DNA from: a virus
Reading direction: 5' to 3' (one strand)
DNA length: 64,000 nt
IMG/VR virus record: IMGVR_UViG_3300030618_000004
Below, piece by piece: positions 8,529 to 15,865 of this stretch; the first letter of the stretch is position 1, and every line of letters begins with the position of its first letter. Under the pieces are notes generated by a model. It was given only the letters and a program-made list of their open reading frames with translations. It was not told the DNA's origin and made no database searches. Made by a program: the position numbers and the translations under genes.

Positions 8529-9463
8529 GACACATTCTCCAGTTGAATTTTAGCTTGTGATGCCTTTGCTGCTTTATCGCGCAATTTTTGTTCGGCATCT
8601 TCCTTTGCATCGTTCGTCGCTTCCAGATTTTGAATCAAGAAAAATAGCGATTTGATCGATACATTGATTGAAATTATTTCATCCGGCTCGTTAAATGTTT
8701 TAAGCGAACCAGCGCGAGCAATAATTTCAGGTTGAATATGCTCAATCAATGAATGTGCATGTTTAACCATTGGGGCAAGTAGTTTTGCTGGTGGCGACCA
8801 AGGCTTAATAGTTTTTGCAGTAACTTTACCACCTGATTTTTTAGCTGCATCGTCAATAATCTTTCCAGCTGATTCTCCATGCTCACGAACCACATTAATT
8901 GCTGCCGTGGCCGATATGGTTTCATTGGTAATGGCATTGTGAACATCATGGTTTGCACCGGCTAGAATCAGCATTTGATCGACATGTTGCCGTGTCTTAT
9001 GTACGCCTTTGGCAATATCGTCAGGCGATACGCCAAATTTAGCTAACCGCGCATAGCCTTTCGCTGTTTGAATGGCCGTAATTGATTCTTTCTCATTCGA
9101 TGTAAAAAGTCTGAATGTGCGCTCAATGTCATTACCAACAAAGTGAACAATTGGAATCCAAACCTCATTATCTTTTTTATCCTGCAATGGTGCGCCAGCA
9201 GCAACGGCGCGGCATAATTGAGTATAGCGACGATGGCCATCAACAATCCATACACCACCTTCATTACGCGGCCTTACTTCCAAATTAGGAAGTATTCCAC
9301 CGGACATAATGTACTGAAATAACGATTCATCATTTTCGCTATTTCCATCATTACGACCTTCAAGATTAAATCCAGGCTCAATATGAATATCCTGCAATTT
9401 GACCTTATTCATATCGGCACGTTTGATAATTTTTTCTTTTTCCATCTGGGTAAAACTTGCCAT
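8525..9463 (-). CDS. ParB N-terminal (ParB/Srx) domain protein
   Basis: WIVDGHRRYTQL motif. It overlaps the downstream clamp-like gene by 4 nt. Confidence 0.7.
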   Translation of the reverse strand: MASFTQMEKEKIIKRADMNKVKLQDIHIEPGFNLEGRNDGNSENDESLFQYIMSGGILPNLEVRPRNEGGVWIVDGHRRYTQLCRAVAAGAPLQDKKDNEVWIPIVHFVGNDIERTFRLFTSNEKESITAIQTAKGYARLAKFGVSPDDIAKGVHKTRQHVDQMLILAGANHDVHNAITNETISATAAINVVREHGESAGKIIDDAAKKSGGKVTAKTIKPWSPPAKLLAPMVKHAHSLIEHIQPEIIARAGSLKTFNEPDEIISINVSIKSLFFLIQNLEATNDAKEDAEQKLRDKAAKASQAKIQLENVS

Positions 9464-9477
9464 TTTATTTTCTCCGA

Positions 9478-10326
9478 TTATTTATTAATTTCAGCACTCT
9501 GCTTCATATCAGCTAAAGCATTTTCATTTGAATCAAAAAATCTGCATGGGTTGATTGGTGATCTACTTTCACGATAAATCAACTGTGCGGCCAATGCGGT
9601 TGAGTTAAAGAATTTTTGAAGCGCATATCCTTCTTCGCCAGCCAAATGTACAACCCATCCGGCTCGGCAATGCGTGGTATCACAAACATGCCATTTAGAC
9701 ATATTCAATGCATCTGGCGCAGCAGTGACAGCAGCATAAACAGCCTGATCAATCTGCTCAATCACTGGAATTTTGACCGGAGTTTCTTTTTTGTCGCTGC
9801 AATCGCTGCAACCGATGCAACCGCTGCAATCGCTGCAATCGCTGCAATCGCTGCAACCGCTGCAACCGCTGCAATAGCGGCAACCGCTGCAATCGCTGCA
9901 ATCGCTGCAACCGATGCAACTGCTGCAACCGCTGCAATCGCTGCAACTGCTGCAACCGATGCAACCGCTGCAACCGCTGCAACTGCTGCAACCGATGCAA
10001 CTGCTGCAACCGATGCAACTGCTGCAACCGCTGCAACCGCTGCAACCTCTGCAATAGCGGCAACCGCTGCAATCGCTGCAATCGCTGCAACCGATGCAAC
10101 TGCTGCAACCTCTGCAATAGCGGCAACCGCTGCAATCGCTGCAACTGCTGCAACCGATGCAACTGCTGCAACCGCTGCAATCGCTGCAACCGCTGCAATA
10201 GCGGCAATTATAACAATTCGTATTGTTATTCGCGTCCATCTTGGCAGCTTGTTCGTTAGCTTTTTCCTGTGATTCAAGGCTGAATCCGGTGTTGCCTTTT
10301 GATGTTTTTATTGATTCGAATTTCAT
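9478..10326 (-). CDS. Cys-X-X tandem-repeat protein with a globular C-terminal domain
   Basis: 47 consecutive C-x-x units (CSG/CSD/CSS/CIG/CRY/CRG), followed by a domain with SKWHVCDTTHCRAGW. The start is placed at MKFESIK behind an AGGAGA SD; the track start at 10386 lies inside the promoter. Confidence 0.7.
   Translation of the reverse strand: MKFESIKTSKGNTGFSLESQEKANEQAAKMDANNNTNCYNCRYCSGCSDCSGCSSCIGCSSCSDCSGCRYCRGCSSCIGCSDCSDCSGCRYCRGCSGCSGCSSCIGCSSCIGCSSCSGCSGCIGCSSCSDCSGCSSCIGCSDCSDCSGCRYCSGCSGCSDCSDCSDCSGCIGCSDCSDKKETPVKIPVIEQIDQAVYAAVTAAPDALNMSKWHVCDTTHCRAGWVVHLAGEEGYALQKFFNSTALAAQLIYRESRSPINPCRFFDSNENALADMKQSAEINK
9793..10215. repeat. 9-nt tandem repeat, 47 units (GCAACCGCT and variants on the + strand)
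   Basis: Read directly from the sequence. The repeat has no stop codon in any frame, which produces several spurious long ORFs on both strands. Confidence 0.95.
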
Positions 10327-10357
10327 TTCATTCTCCTGTTTGTTTGTTCGATGGTTC

Positions 10358-10386
10358 ATTATTACTGATTGATTATGGATAGTCAA
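10358..10386 (-). promoter_or_regulatory. sigma70-type promoter, second copy of the conserved 29-mer
   Basis: The reverse complement reads TTGACTATCCATAATCAATCAGTAATAAT, directly upstream of the Cys-repeat gene. Confidence 0.55.
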
Positions 10387-10392
10387 GCAGTT

Positions 10393-11751
10393 TTATATTT
10401 TAGATGAAAGATTTTTCCGTTCAGGCTTATTTTGTGGTTCTTTTGGTTGCCATCCATAGGCTAGGTTTTCAAATCTTGTTTGCTCTCCTATGTAGGAAAG
10501 TCCGACTACTCCTGGCGATCCTTGGCGCTGCTTAACAATTGAAACCTCACAAATCCCCTTATCGAATGTATCAGGGTTATAGACTTCATCACGGTATAGC
10601 ATGATGACGTTTGCCGCGTCCTGTTCGATACTTCCTGATGAAGCTAAGTCAGCCATTATTGGCCGCTTGTCTGATCTCTTTTCACATTCACGATTTAACT
10701 GTGCCAACAAAACAACAGGTACATCTAATTCTTTAGCGAGTTGGATTAATGCGCGGGTGTATTCTCCTATATATTCCCATTGCTTTTCAGATGTCGCGCC
10801 AGTGATAAAACTCAACTGGTCGATAACAATTAAATCTAAACCATTTTGTCGTTTAACTTTGCGTGATTTAGCGCGAATTTGTAGCAAATTCAATCCGGTC
10901 TGATCGTCAATGTAAAAATTTAAATCCTGCGAATCAGAAAATGCCTTTGTCATTCGATTCCAATAATCCTGCTCATTAATTTTTTCAACCTTGGCCGGAT
11001 TGCGCAAAAATGAAAGTGGTACTTTTCCCAATGCTGAAACATTTCTATCTACAACTTGAGTTTCCGACATTTCCATGGATAGAAATAACGAACTTCCCCA
11101 AAATGAGACATTTCTAGCAAAACCAAGTCCTAACGCTGTTTTCCCCATTGCAGGTCTTCCGGCAATAACCGTTAAGGTTCCACGCTCCAGTCCACCACCA
11201 AGTTTGAAATCCAAATCAGCGAACCCTGTTTCAATCGGCTTAATTTTTCCATTCATTCGATCTTCAACTACATTTGCATAATTCACCAAAAGATCAGAAA
11301 GTTTTTTTGGTTCCTTTTCTACTCTATTGCGTGAAAGTAATTCAAGTTTAGATGCCACTAAATCGACCAATACGGCGCTTTCCTCGTGCCTATCTGCAAT
11401 CTCCATGCCTTCATTACAAATCGCAGCCAGAGAGCGTTTGATTGATTTATCAATGACAATTGCAGCATATTTGATAATCCCAGAACTCGATGGAGTGTTT
11501 TGTTGGATTGAATTAAGATAGGACATTGCATCTTGAACAGATTCTTTTAGCGCAATGCCAACAGTAACCACGTCAGCACGTTGGCCGGAGATAATTTGTT
11601 TGCATATCTCTGAAAATATTGTTCTATGTTCCTGACGATAAAAATGCTCAATGCTTAGTTTTTCTGATATCCGGTCTAATGCGTTATTGTCTATTAGTAA
11701 AGCACCTAAAATACTTTGCTCCGCTTCGATTGATGCGTTTTTAATGATCAT
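10393..11751 (-). CDS. dnaB: replicative DNA helicase (DnaB family)
   Basis: N-terminal EAEQSILGALLIDN, Walker A AGRPAMGKTALG, and a 452-aa size typical of DnaB. Confidence 0.9.
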   Translation of the reverse strand: MIIKNASIEAEQSILGALLIDNNALDRISEKLSIEHFYRQEHRTIFSEICKQIISGQRADVVTVGIALKESVQDAMSYLNSIQQNTPSSSGIIKYAAIVIDKSIKRSLAAICNEGMEIADRHEESAVLVDLVASKLELLSRNRVEKEPKKLSDLLVNYANVVEDRMNGKIKPIETGFADLDFKLGGGLERGTLTVIAGRPAMGKTALGLGFARNVSFWGSSLFLSMEMSETQVVDRNVSALGKVPLSFLRNPAKVEKINEQDYWNRMTKAFSDSQDLNFYIDDQTGLNLLQIRAKSRKVKRQNGLDLIVIDQLSFITGATSEKQWEYIGEYTRALIQLAKELDVPVVLLAQLNRECEKRSDKRPIMADLASSGSIEQDAANVIMLYRDEVYNPDTFDKGICEVSIVKQRQGSPGVVGLSYIGEQTRFENLAYGWQPKEPQNKPERKNLSSKI

Positions 11752-12455
11752 TGTGAATCCTTGTTATGGAAAATTTCTGCTTGCTTGCCTTCATTTGTTA
11801 AAAAATATTCGCCTTCTTGTGTAATCGCCCAAAGTTTCAAATAATTGTTTTCGATGTAATTTTTAAAAGCTCTGCGCCAGTCTTTATATTTTTTTGTTTT
11901 TTCGGAATCGTTTATTTTTCTACAAAATTCATGCCAAGCAAGAACTACAAAATCAAAAGGTATTCCAGCAGATTCTTGATATTCCCAAAGTGGCCGATAG
12001 TTTTTAATAGGTCTTTCGTCTTTTAGCACGCATTCATCAAGAAATTCAGATAATGAAATTTCTTCTTTTTTTCTTGAGGACTTCTTTTCAGGTTCTATTC
12101 TAGGTTTAACTTCTAGGTTAGTAGTCAACGGTTGACCTACCCCTGGGTCAACCGTTGACCTACCCCCAGCCAATGGTTGACCTACCCCCCCAATATTCAA
12201 TAGGTATTGATTTGGCAAATTAACACCATCTTGGAATTTTGGTATTATTTGCAAATAACCTTTTTCACTTAACCATAAAATATGGTTTTTAAGACTTGAA
12301 ACACTCATTGAGCATTCTTCAGCGAGTCTTTTATGAGATGGATTGCATTGACCTGTGTGCTTATTGCAGTAATTTGAAAGCATTAATAAAACAAGTTTTT
12401 GCCCTGCATTATCCGTTTTTATATCTACCGCCCATGACATGGCTTGAAAGCTCAT
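11748..12455 (-). CDS. replication initiator (lambda O-like role) with an N-terminal winged-helix domain
   Basis: HTH-like N-terminus (KRLAEECSMSVSSLKNHILWLSEKGYL). It lies immediately upstream of DnaB and carries iterons inside its coding sequence. Confidence 0.7.
   Translation of the reverse strand: MSFQAMSWAVDIKTDNAGQKLVLLMLSNYCNKHTGQCNPSHKRLAEECSMSVSSLKNHILWLSEKGYLQIIPKFQDGVNLPNQYLLNIGGVGQPLAGGRSTVDPGVGQPLTTNLEVKPRIEPEKKSSRKKEEISLSEFLDECVLKDERPIKNYRPLWEYQESAGIPFDFVVLAWHEFCRKINDSEKTKKYKDWRRAFKNYIENNYLKLWAITQEGEYFLTNEGKQAEIFHNKDSQ
12125..12190. promoter_or_regulatory. candidate replication origin: three GGTTGACCTACCCC iterons
   Basis: tcaacggttgacctacccc, tcaaccgttgacctaccccc and ccaatggttgacctaccccccc lie about 22-23 nt apart. 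Each contains a GTCAAC-N-GTTGAC palindrome, and AT-rich DNA lies alongside. Confidence 0.6.
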
Positions 12456-12589
12456 TTTTTAGCTCCAATCATTGATATAAGACTTTTACAAAGAATATGA
12501 GCCTGAGATTGTTTTAATGATTTAGCAGAAAGTTTTTTGATTTGGTGCGCTAGTCGCATTTGATGTTGAAATAATTGTTCTTTGTTCAT
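12452..12589 (-). CDS. small hypothetical protein (45 aa, start at MNKEQLF)
   Basis: An AGGA SD precedes this ATG. The longer track ORF adds an implausible leader. Confidence 0.35.
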   Translation of the reverse strand: MNKEQLFQHQMRLAHQIKKLSAKSLKQSQAHILCKSLISMIGAKK

Positions 12590-12758
12590 TTCATTTTCCT
12601 TTAGGCGTAAAAAAACCCACATTTGAAGTGGCGGGGTATTTCCATATTGCCGGATAACGGCAAAGAGCAACATGGAAAGCCACTACAAATATGGGCTTTC
12701 CGTTATCCATTTATTGCGCCCTGTCCCCACAAGGTTATGCAACAAATTAAATTGTAAC

Positions 12759-13355
12759 TCATAAACTAAGTAAATCAACGCGTTTTTTTATTCTCCGCGC
12801 TTTTTTTTCGAATATTTTTTTAAGGCGCAACAGATATTCTCGGGAAAATTTGACGGTTCTGTTGTCGTTGTCGAGTCGTTCAACTTTGCCGATACCGATA
12901 TGGACTATCAGCCTGACCCGGTATTCTGAATAATTGCCGGACAGATGCCTATTGCAATATTTGCACTGCCCCCAAGCTGCATTGAGATTGAACCGAAGAT
13001 GGCCAGCAGTAAGCCTAGACCGGTAGTGGCCGCAGTCAAAACCGCCGCCAACGCCACCGATATGCAAAGGTGTGCCACAGCTTATGCACCCGTGTTTAAA
13101 CCGAACAGCGCGAAGCCTGACGTATAAATTGAACGATGTTTGAGCATCAGCGATTAACTTAGGCAGATTATCGAGTGATTTTAACTTTTCCTTCGTGATC
13201 TTTTTATCCGCAATCTTAGTTTTTCTGTTCTGAGCAGCAGTGACCGATTTGCCGATAATATGAGCGCAAGGCGCAGAACAGGCCTTCTGCCAGGATGAAA
13301 TCGGCTGAAATGGCGTTTTACAGACCGAGCATTTTTTTAGTTTTGGTTTAATCAC
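12759..13355 (-). CDS. ninG: NinG/Rap-like structure-specific endonuclease
   Basis: KCSVCKTPF...KACSAPC, FDCGHYRSR and WGQCKYCNRHLSGN match the NinG cysteine pattern. Confidence 0.75.
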   Translation of the reverse strand: MIKPKLKKCSVCKTPFQPISSWQKACSAPCAHIIGKSVTAAQNRKTKIADKKITKEKLKSLDNLPKLIADAQTSFNLYVRLRAVRFKHGCISCGTPLHIGGVGGGFDCGHYRSRLTAGHLRFNLNAAWGQCKYCNRHLSGNYSEYRVRLIVHIGIGKVERLDNDNRTVKFSREYLLRLKKIFEKKARRIKKRVDLLSL

Positions 13356-13813
13356 GCAAATTCCAAAACTTGATTAACGATATGTTCGATATCTTCCCGT
13401 GAATACTTAGTAAGTATTCGTTGCAAAATTACGTCAATAATTGCTGAATATAATTTTTCTCTTTCTTCATGCGGCATAGCTGAAAAATTTAAGCTCTTTG
13501 CGACATATCTAAGTTCACCTTTGAAATTAAATATTGGCTCGCCAAATCCAGCAAGAATAGTAATATCCTTTCTAAATTGATCGAAATTCTTTTGAATTAT
13601 TTCGCCTTTATATTTAACTTCTTCCGGCGTCCAAGCTTCAAATGCGAGATTAAATAATGCAAATAATTTTCTATGGAACTGAGGATTATTATGCTTTTTT
13701 ACATCAGCTTGGAAGCCCTGGTTCACTTTGAATTTTTTGATTATGTCGGATGATTGCTGATCTAACGGGAATAGGCTTCCATCTTCGCGTTTAAATAAAT
13801 TTAGCTCGGCCAT
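13352..13813 (-). CDS. DUF1367-like (NinB-position) protein
   Basis: NPQFHRKLFALFNLAFEAW. The layout is shared with 54262..54786 (VFHRGHMKMMSVIFEQ). The family name is from memory. Confidence 0.55.
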   Translation of the reverse strand: MAELNLFKREDGSLFPLDQQSSDIIKKFKVNQGFQADVKKHNNPQFHRKLFALFNLAFEAWTPEEVKYKGEIIQKNFDQFRKDITILAGFGEPIFNFKGELRYVAKSLNFSAMPHEEREKLYSAIIDVILQRILTKYSREDIEHIVNQVLEFA

Positions 13814-13815
13814 TA

Positions 13816-14256
13816 TTAATCCAACAATCCAAGTTTTTTATTGGTAAGCGCATTCTTGCCAAATAGTTCAATGGCTTTTTTATCGAATGCAAGGGCGGCA
13901 CCTTTGGCATCATCAAAAATACCCAGATGGATTGGACTTCCTTCCGTATCTATAATCTTTGATGCGAATTTTCCAGAACTAAGTAAGGCGATTCCACGAA
14001 ATCCATGCTTATATTCATGCGGTACTATAGAGTCTTCAGTGATTTTGAATTTATCCTTGCGAGTAGCCTTGATTAATCGCTCAGTTATTTTTCTACTTAC
14101 GACAGAGCCGCGACATTTGCCGTTAATTAGAGTTTTGATGCTAACTTCAGCTTCATCACATACTCGCGTACGCAATTCAACTAACTTAGCCTTTTCAATT
14201 CGACTAATTCCTTTTTGTCCCGGATTGGTGGATTCTAGCCATTGTGCGACATTCAT
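13816..14256 (-). CDS. AP2-domain DNA-binding protein, first gene of the leftward operon
   Basis: HGFRGIALLSSGKFASKIIDTEGSPIHLGIFDDAKGAALAFDKKAIELFG is an AP2-like fold signature. Confidence 0.6.
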   Translation of the reverse strand: MNVAQWLESTNPGQKGISRIEKAKLVELRTRVCDEAEVSIKTLINGKCRGSVVSRKITERLIKATRKDKFKITEDSIVPHEYKHGFRGIALLSSGKFASKIIDTEGSPIHLGIFDDAKGAALAFDKKAIELFGKNALTNKKLGLLD

Positions 14257-14284
14257 ATTCTTCCTTTGTAAAAATAATTAATTC

Positions 14285-14313
14285 ATTATATCTCTGCTGA
14301 TATATATAATCAA
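14285..14313 (-). promoter_or_regulatory. leftward early promoter (TTGATT-N17-TATAAT)
   Basis: The reverse complement reads TTGATTATATATATCAGCAGAGATATAAT, about 30 nt upstream of the 14256 start. Confidence 0.5.
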
Positions 14314-14371
14314 TCTGTATTCTATGTTATAGTTTAACTGTTATTCTCCGCGCTGCGAAAGTAGCGATTTG

Positions 14372-14400
14372 TCCGTGTTGTAAAAGGCACGGATTTTTTT
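14372..14400 (+). terminator. rho-independent terminator hairpin plus T7 run
   Basis: tccgtg-ttgtaaaagg-cacgga followed by ttttttt. It lies upstream of the rightward promoter, so it would end a short + strand transcript. Confidence 0.5.
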
Positions 14401-14421
14401 CAATAAAAGGATAAATACACC

Positions 14422-14450
14422 TTGACTATGAATAATCAATGAATTATTAT
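14422..14450 (+). promoter_or_regulatory. rightward promoter (TTGACT-N17-TATTAT)
   Basis: TTGACTATGAATAATCAATGAATTATTAT. It shares TTGACTAT and ATAATCAAT with the 3049 and 10386 promoters. Confidence 0.6.
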
Positions 14451-14492
14451 TTGATCGTTGTTTGAATTTTTAAATTAAATCACGGAGAATAT

Positions 14493-15110
14493 ATGAAAAT
14501 TACAAAAGAATTATTGAAAGAATGGGACGCATGCAGCAATGGCTTTAAATGGTTTTTGCAAAAGTTCCCTCAAGGTGGCGATGTGCATGAAGTTGGTTCA
14601 ACTCTGCGTGTAGACAAAAGATACGACGATGCGCGTTGGCTGACATCTCACGTGTTTGAGCAGTTCATCAAAACACCTAGTGATATCGCTTCATACGTTG
14701 AGGGCGATGTCGCAGCAGTGATAAAGGAAACTGATATCGCCGTGACGCTGAAAGCCGTAGAGGGTTCGCCTATTTTTGCATCCGGCGATTACAGCAAGGC
14801 AGCGTCATCCGGCGATTACAGCAAGGCAGCGTCATCCGGCGATTACAGCACTGCAGCGTCATCCGGCAATTCCAGCACTGCAGCGTCATCCGGCTATTCC
14901 AGCAAGGCAGAAGCAATTGGAGAAAAAACTGTATCAATGGTTGCAGGATGTAATGGTCGCGCAAAAGCTGGCTTGAAAGGTGCATTTGCATTAGCTTGGC
15001 ATGATGAAAATTCGGGATCAATGAAAATTTGCGTTGGAGAAGTTGGATTTAATGGAATAAAAGCGGATGTGTTTTATTGTGTTAAAAATGGCGTTTTGGT
15101 AGAATTTTGA
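14493..15110 (+). CDS. tandem-repeat protein (SGDYSKAAS nonapeptide units)
   Basis: GGAGAA SD. The N-terminal domain contains EWDACSNGFKWF, followed by five 9-aa units and a C-terminal domain ending GIKADVFYCVKNGVLVEF. Confidence 0.7.
   Translation: MKITKELLKEWDACSNGFKWFLQKFPQGGDVHEVGSTLRVDKRYDDARWLTSHVFEQFIKTPSDIASYVEGDVAAVIKETDIAVTLKAVEGSPIFASGDYSKAASSGDYSKAASSGDYSTAASSGNSSTAASSGYSSKAEAIGEKTVSMVAGCNGRAKAGLKGAFALAWHDENSGSMKICVGEVGFNGIKADVFYCVKNGVLVEF
14781..14915. repeat. 27-nt tandem repeat, 5 units
   Basis: tccggcgattacagcaaggcagcgtca occurs twice exactly, followed by three diverged units. Confidence 0.9.
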
Positions 15111-15134
15111 CTTGTAATATATTTATATAAGTTT

Positions 15135-15855
15135 CCTGATACTTTAAAAATCAGGGTCAAGACGCATGAGGATTGCAAGATGCGACTGCCCACGGGTCGC
15201 TCGTTGTGGGACGGTAGCAGTCCTCAGTCGTGTTGGTGAATGCGAAGACTGATTCGCAATGAAGACCAGAGTCGGTAATTTAATCATGTTAGATAGACGC
15301 TGAATCTAACAAGCTGGAGATCAGTACCAGACATCAACTGACAGGCCGGAAAGACGGCACTAAATTAAGTTCACTGATGAGCCTGCGAAATTCAGGCGAA
15401 ACGCGAAAGCGTATGAACGTCGGAACTACACCGTAACCATCCTCAGGATGAAAAGGGATGTAGGCTGTTGCCGCGATTGTAGTCCGATAGAGTCGCGCTG
15501 CCGTAACAGTAGGTCGAAGGAAAGCCGGTCGAAGACCAAAAAAGTTTTACGGGACACATGGCTTGACAGCTGGAGAGACAGCAATGAATTGATGGGTTGC
15601 GATCGCGCATCCCTAAACAGGTGACCGAATAATTCGGGGTACTAACAAATGCGACGGCATTTTCCCGGTGCGGAACACGGGATTGAGTTAGGAAGAAATA
15701 CTGGTGAAACAGTTGGGCGATTGGCAGATCGGAAAGACGGTCAATGATTTCACACCAGAAGCACAGTAAAATGGCTACGTGAAAAATCATAGTGAGCATC
15801 GGCACGAATCGGTAAATTGTCAGATCAATTCCGGCGATGCAATTTAAAACTTACT
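15135..15855 (+). ncRNA. candidate large structured non-coding RNA (class unknown)
   Basis: 755 nt lie between genes with no + strand ORF of 60 aa or more. G+C is visibly higher: 31/60 in the 15421 line against 18/60 and 24/60 in the flanking lines I counted. Many short hairpins carry purine-rich loops, for example acgc-GAAA-gcgt at 15401-15412, gccg-GAAAGA-cggc at 15345-15358 and gatcg-GAAAGA-cggtc at 15727-15742. G-U pairs and GNRA loops favour the + strand. Confidence 0.45.
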
Positions 15856-15865
15856 GGAGAATACA

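Noticed and set aside
9793-10215. I asked whether the three tandem-repeat tracts (9793-10215, 14781-14915 and 55730-56269) could be CRISPR arrays.
   Set aside because: The units are 9, 27 and 12 nt long and directly abutting, with no spacers. All lie in-frame inside protein-coding genes. No cas genes are present apart from a stand-alone Cas4-like recombination nuclease.
9616-10277. Long ORFs on both strands across the 9-nt repeat: 218 aa on the + strand, and 149 aa and 171 aa on the - strand, all Ala/Thr- or Leu/Gln/Arg-rich.
   Set aside because: The repeat has no stop codon in any frame, so these ORFs are automatic by-products. Only the Cys-X-X frame connects to an SD-preceded start and to non-repetitive N- and C-terminal domains.
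12788-12801. An exact 14-nt match (ttattctccgcgct) between 12788-12801 and 14341-14354, which I first read as a possible sRNA-target pairing.
   Set aside because: With about 64 kb compared against itself, several exact 14-mers are expected by chance (about N squared over 2, times 4 to the power -14). The match carries no weight without other evidence.
15443-15805. A 120-aa minus-strand ORF inside the long intergenic region.
   Set aside because: It runs opposite to all surrounding genes and has no SD. Its composition is odd (Cys/His/Phe-rich with no recognisable motif). It coincides with the hairpin-dense segment, so a non-coding reading is more likely.
15135-15855. Specific known RNAs in the long intergenic region: tRNA, tmRNA, RNase P RNA, and group I or group II introns.
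   Set aside because: I could find no T-loop (GGTTCGAAT-like) or acceptor features, no tmRNA tag or terminal tRNA-like end, no RNase P GGAAAGTCCGGGC-type core, no group II 5' GTGCG or domain V-like hairpin, and no interrupted host gene. Only a covariance-model search can settle this.
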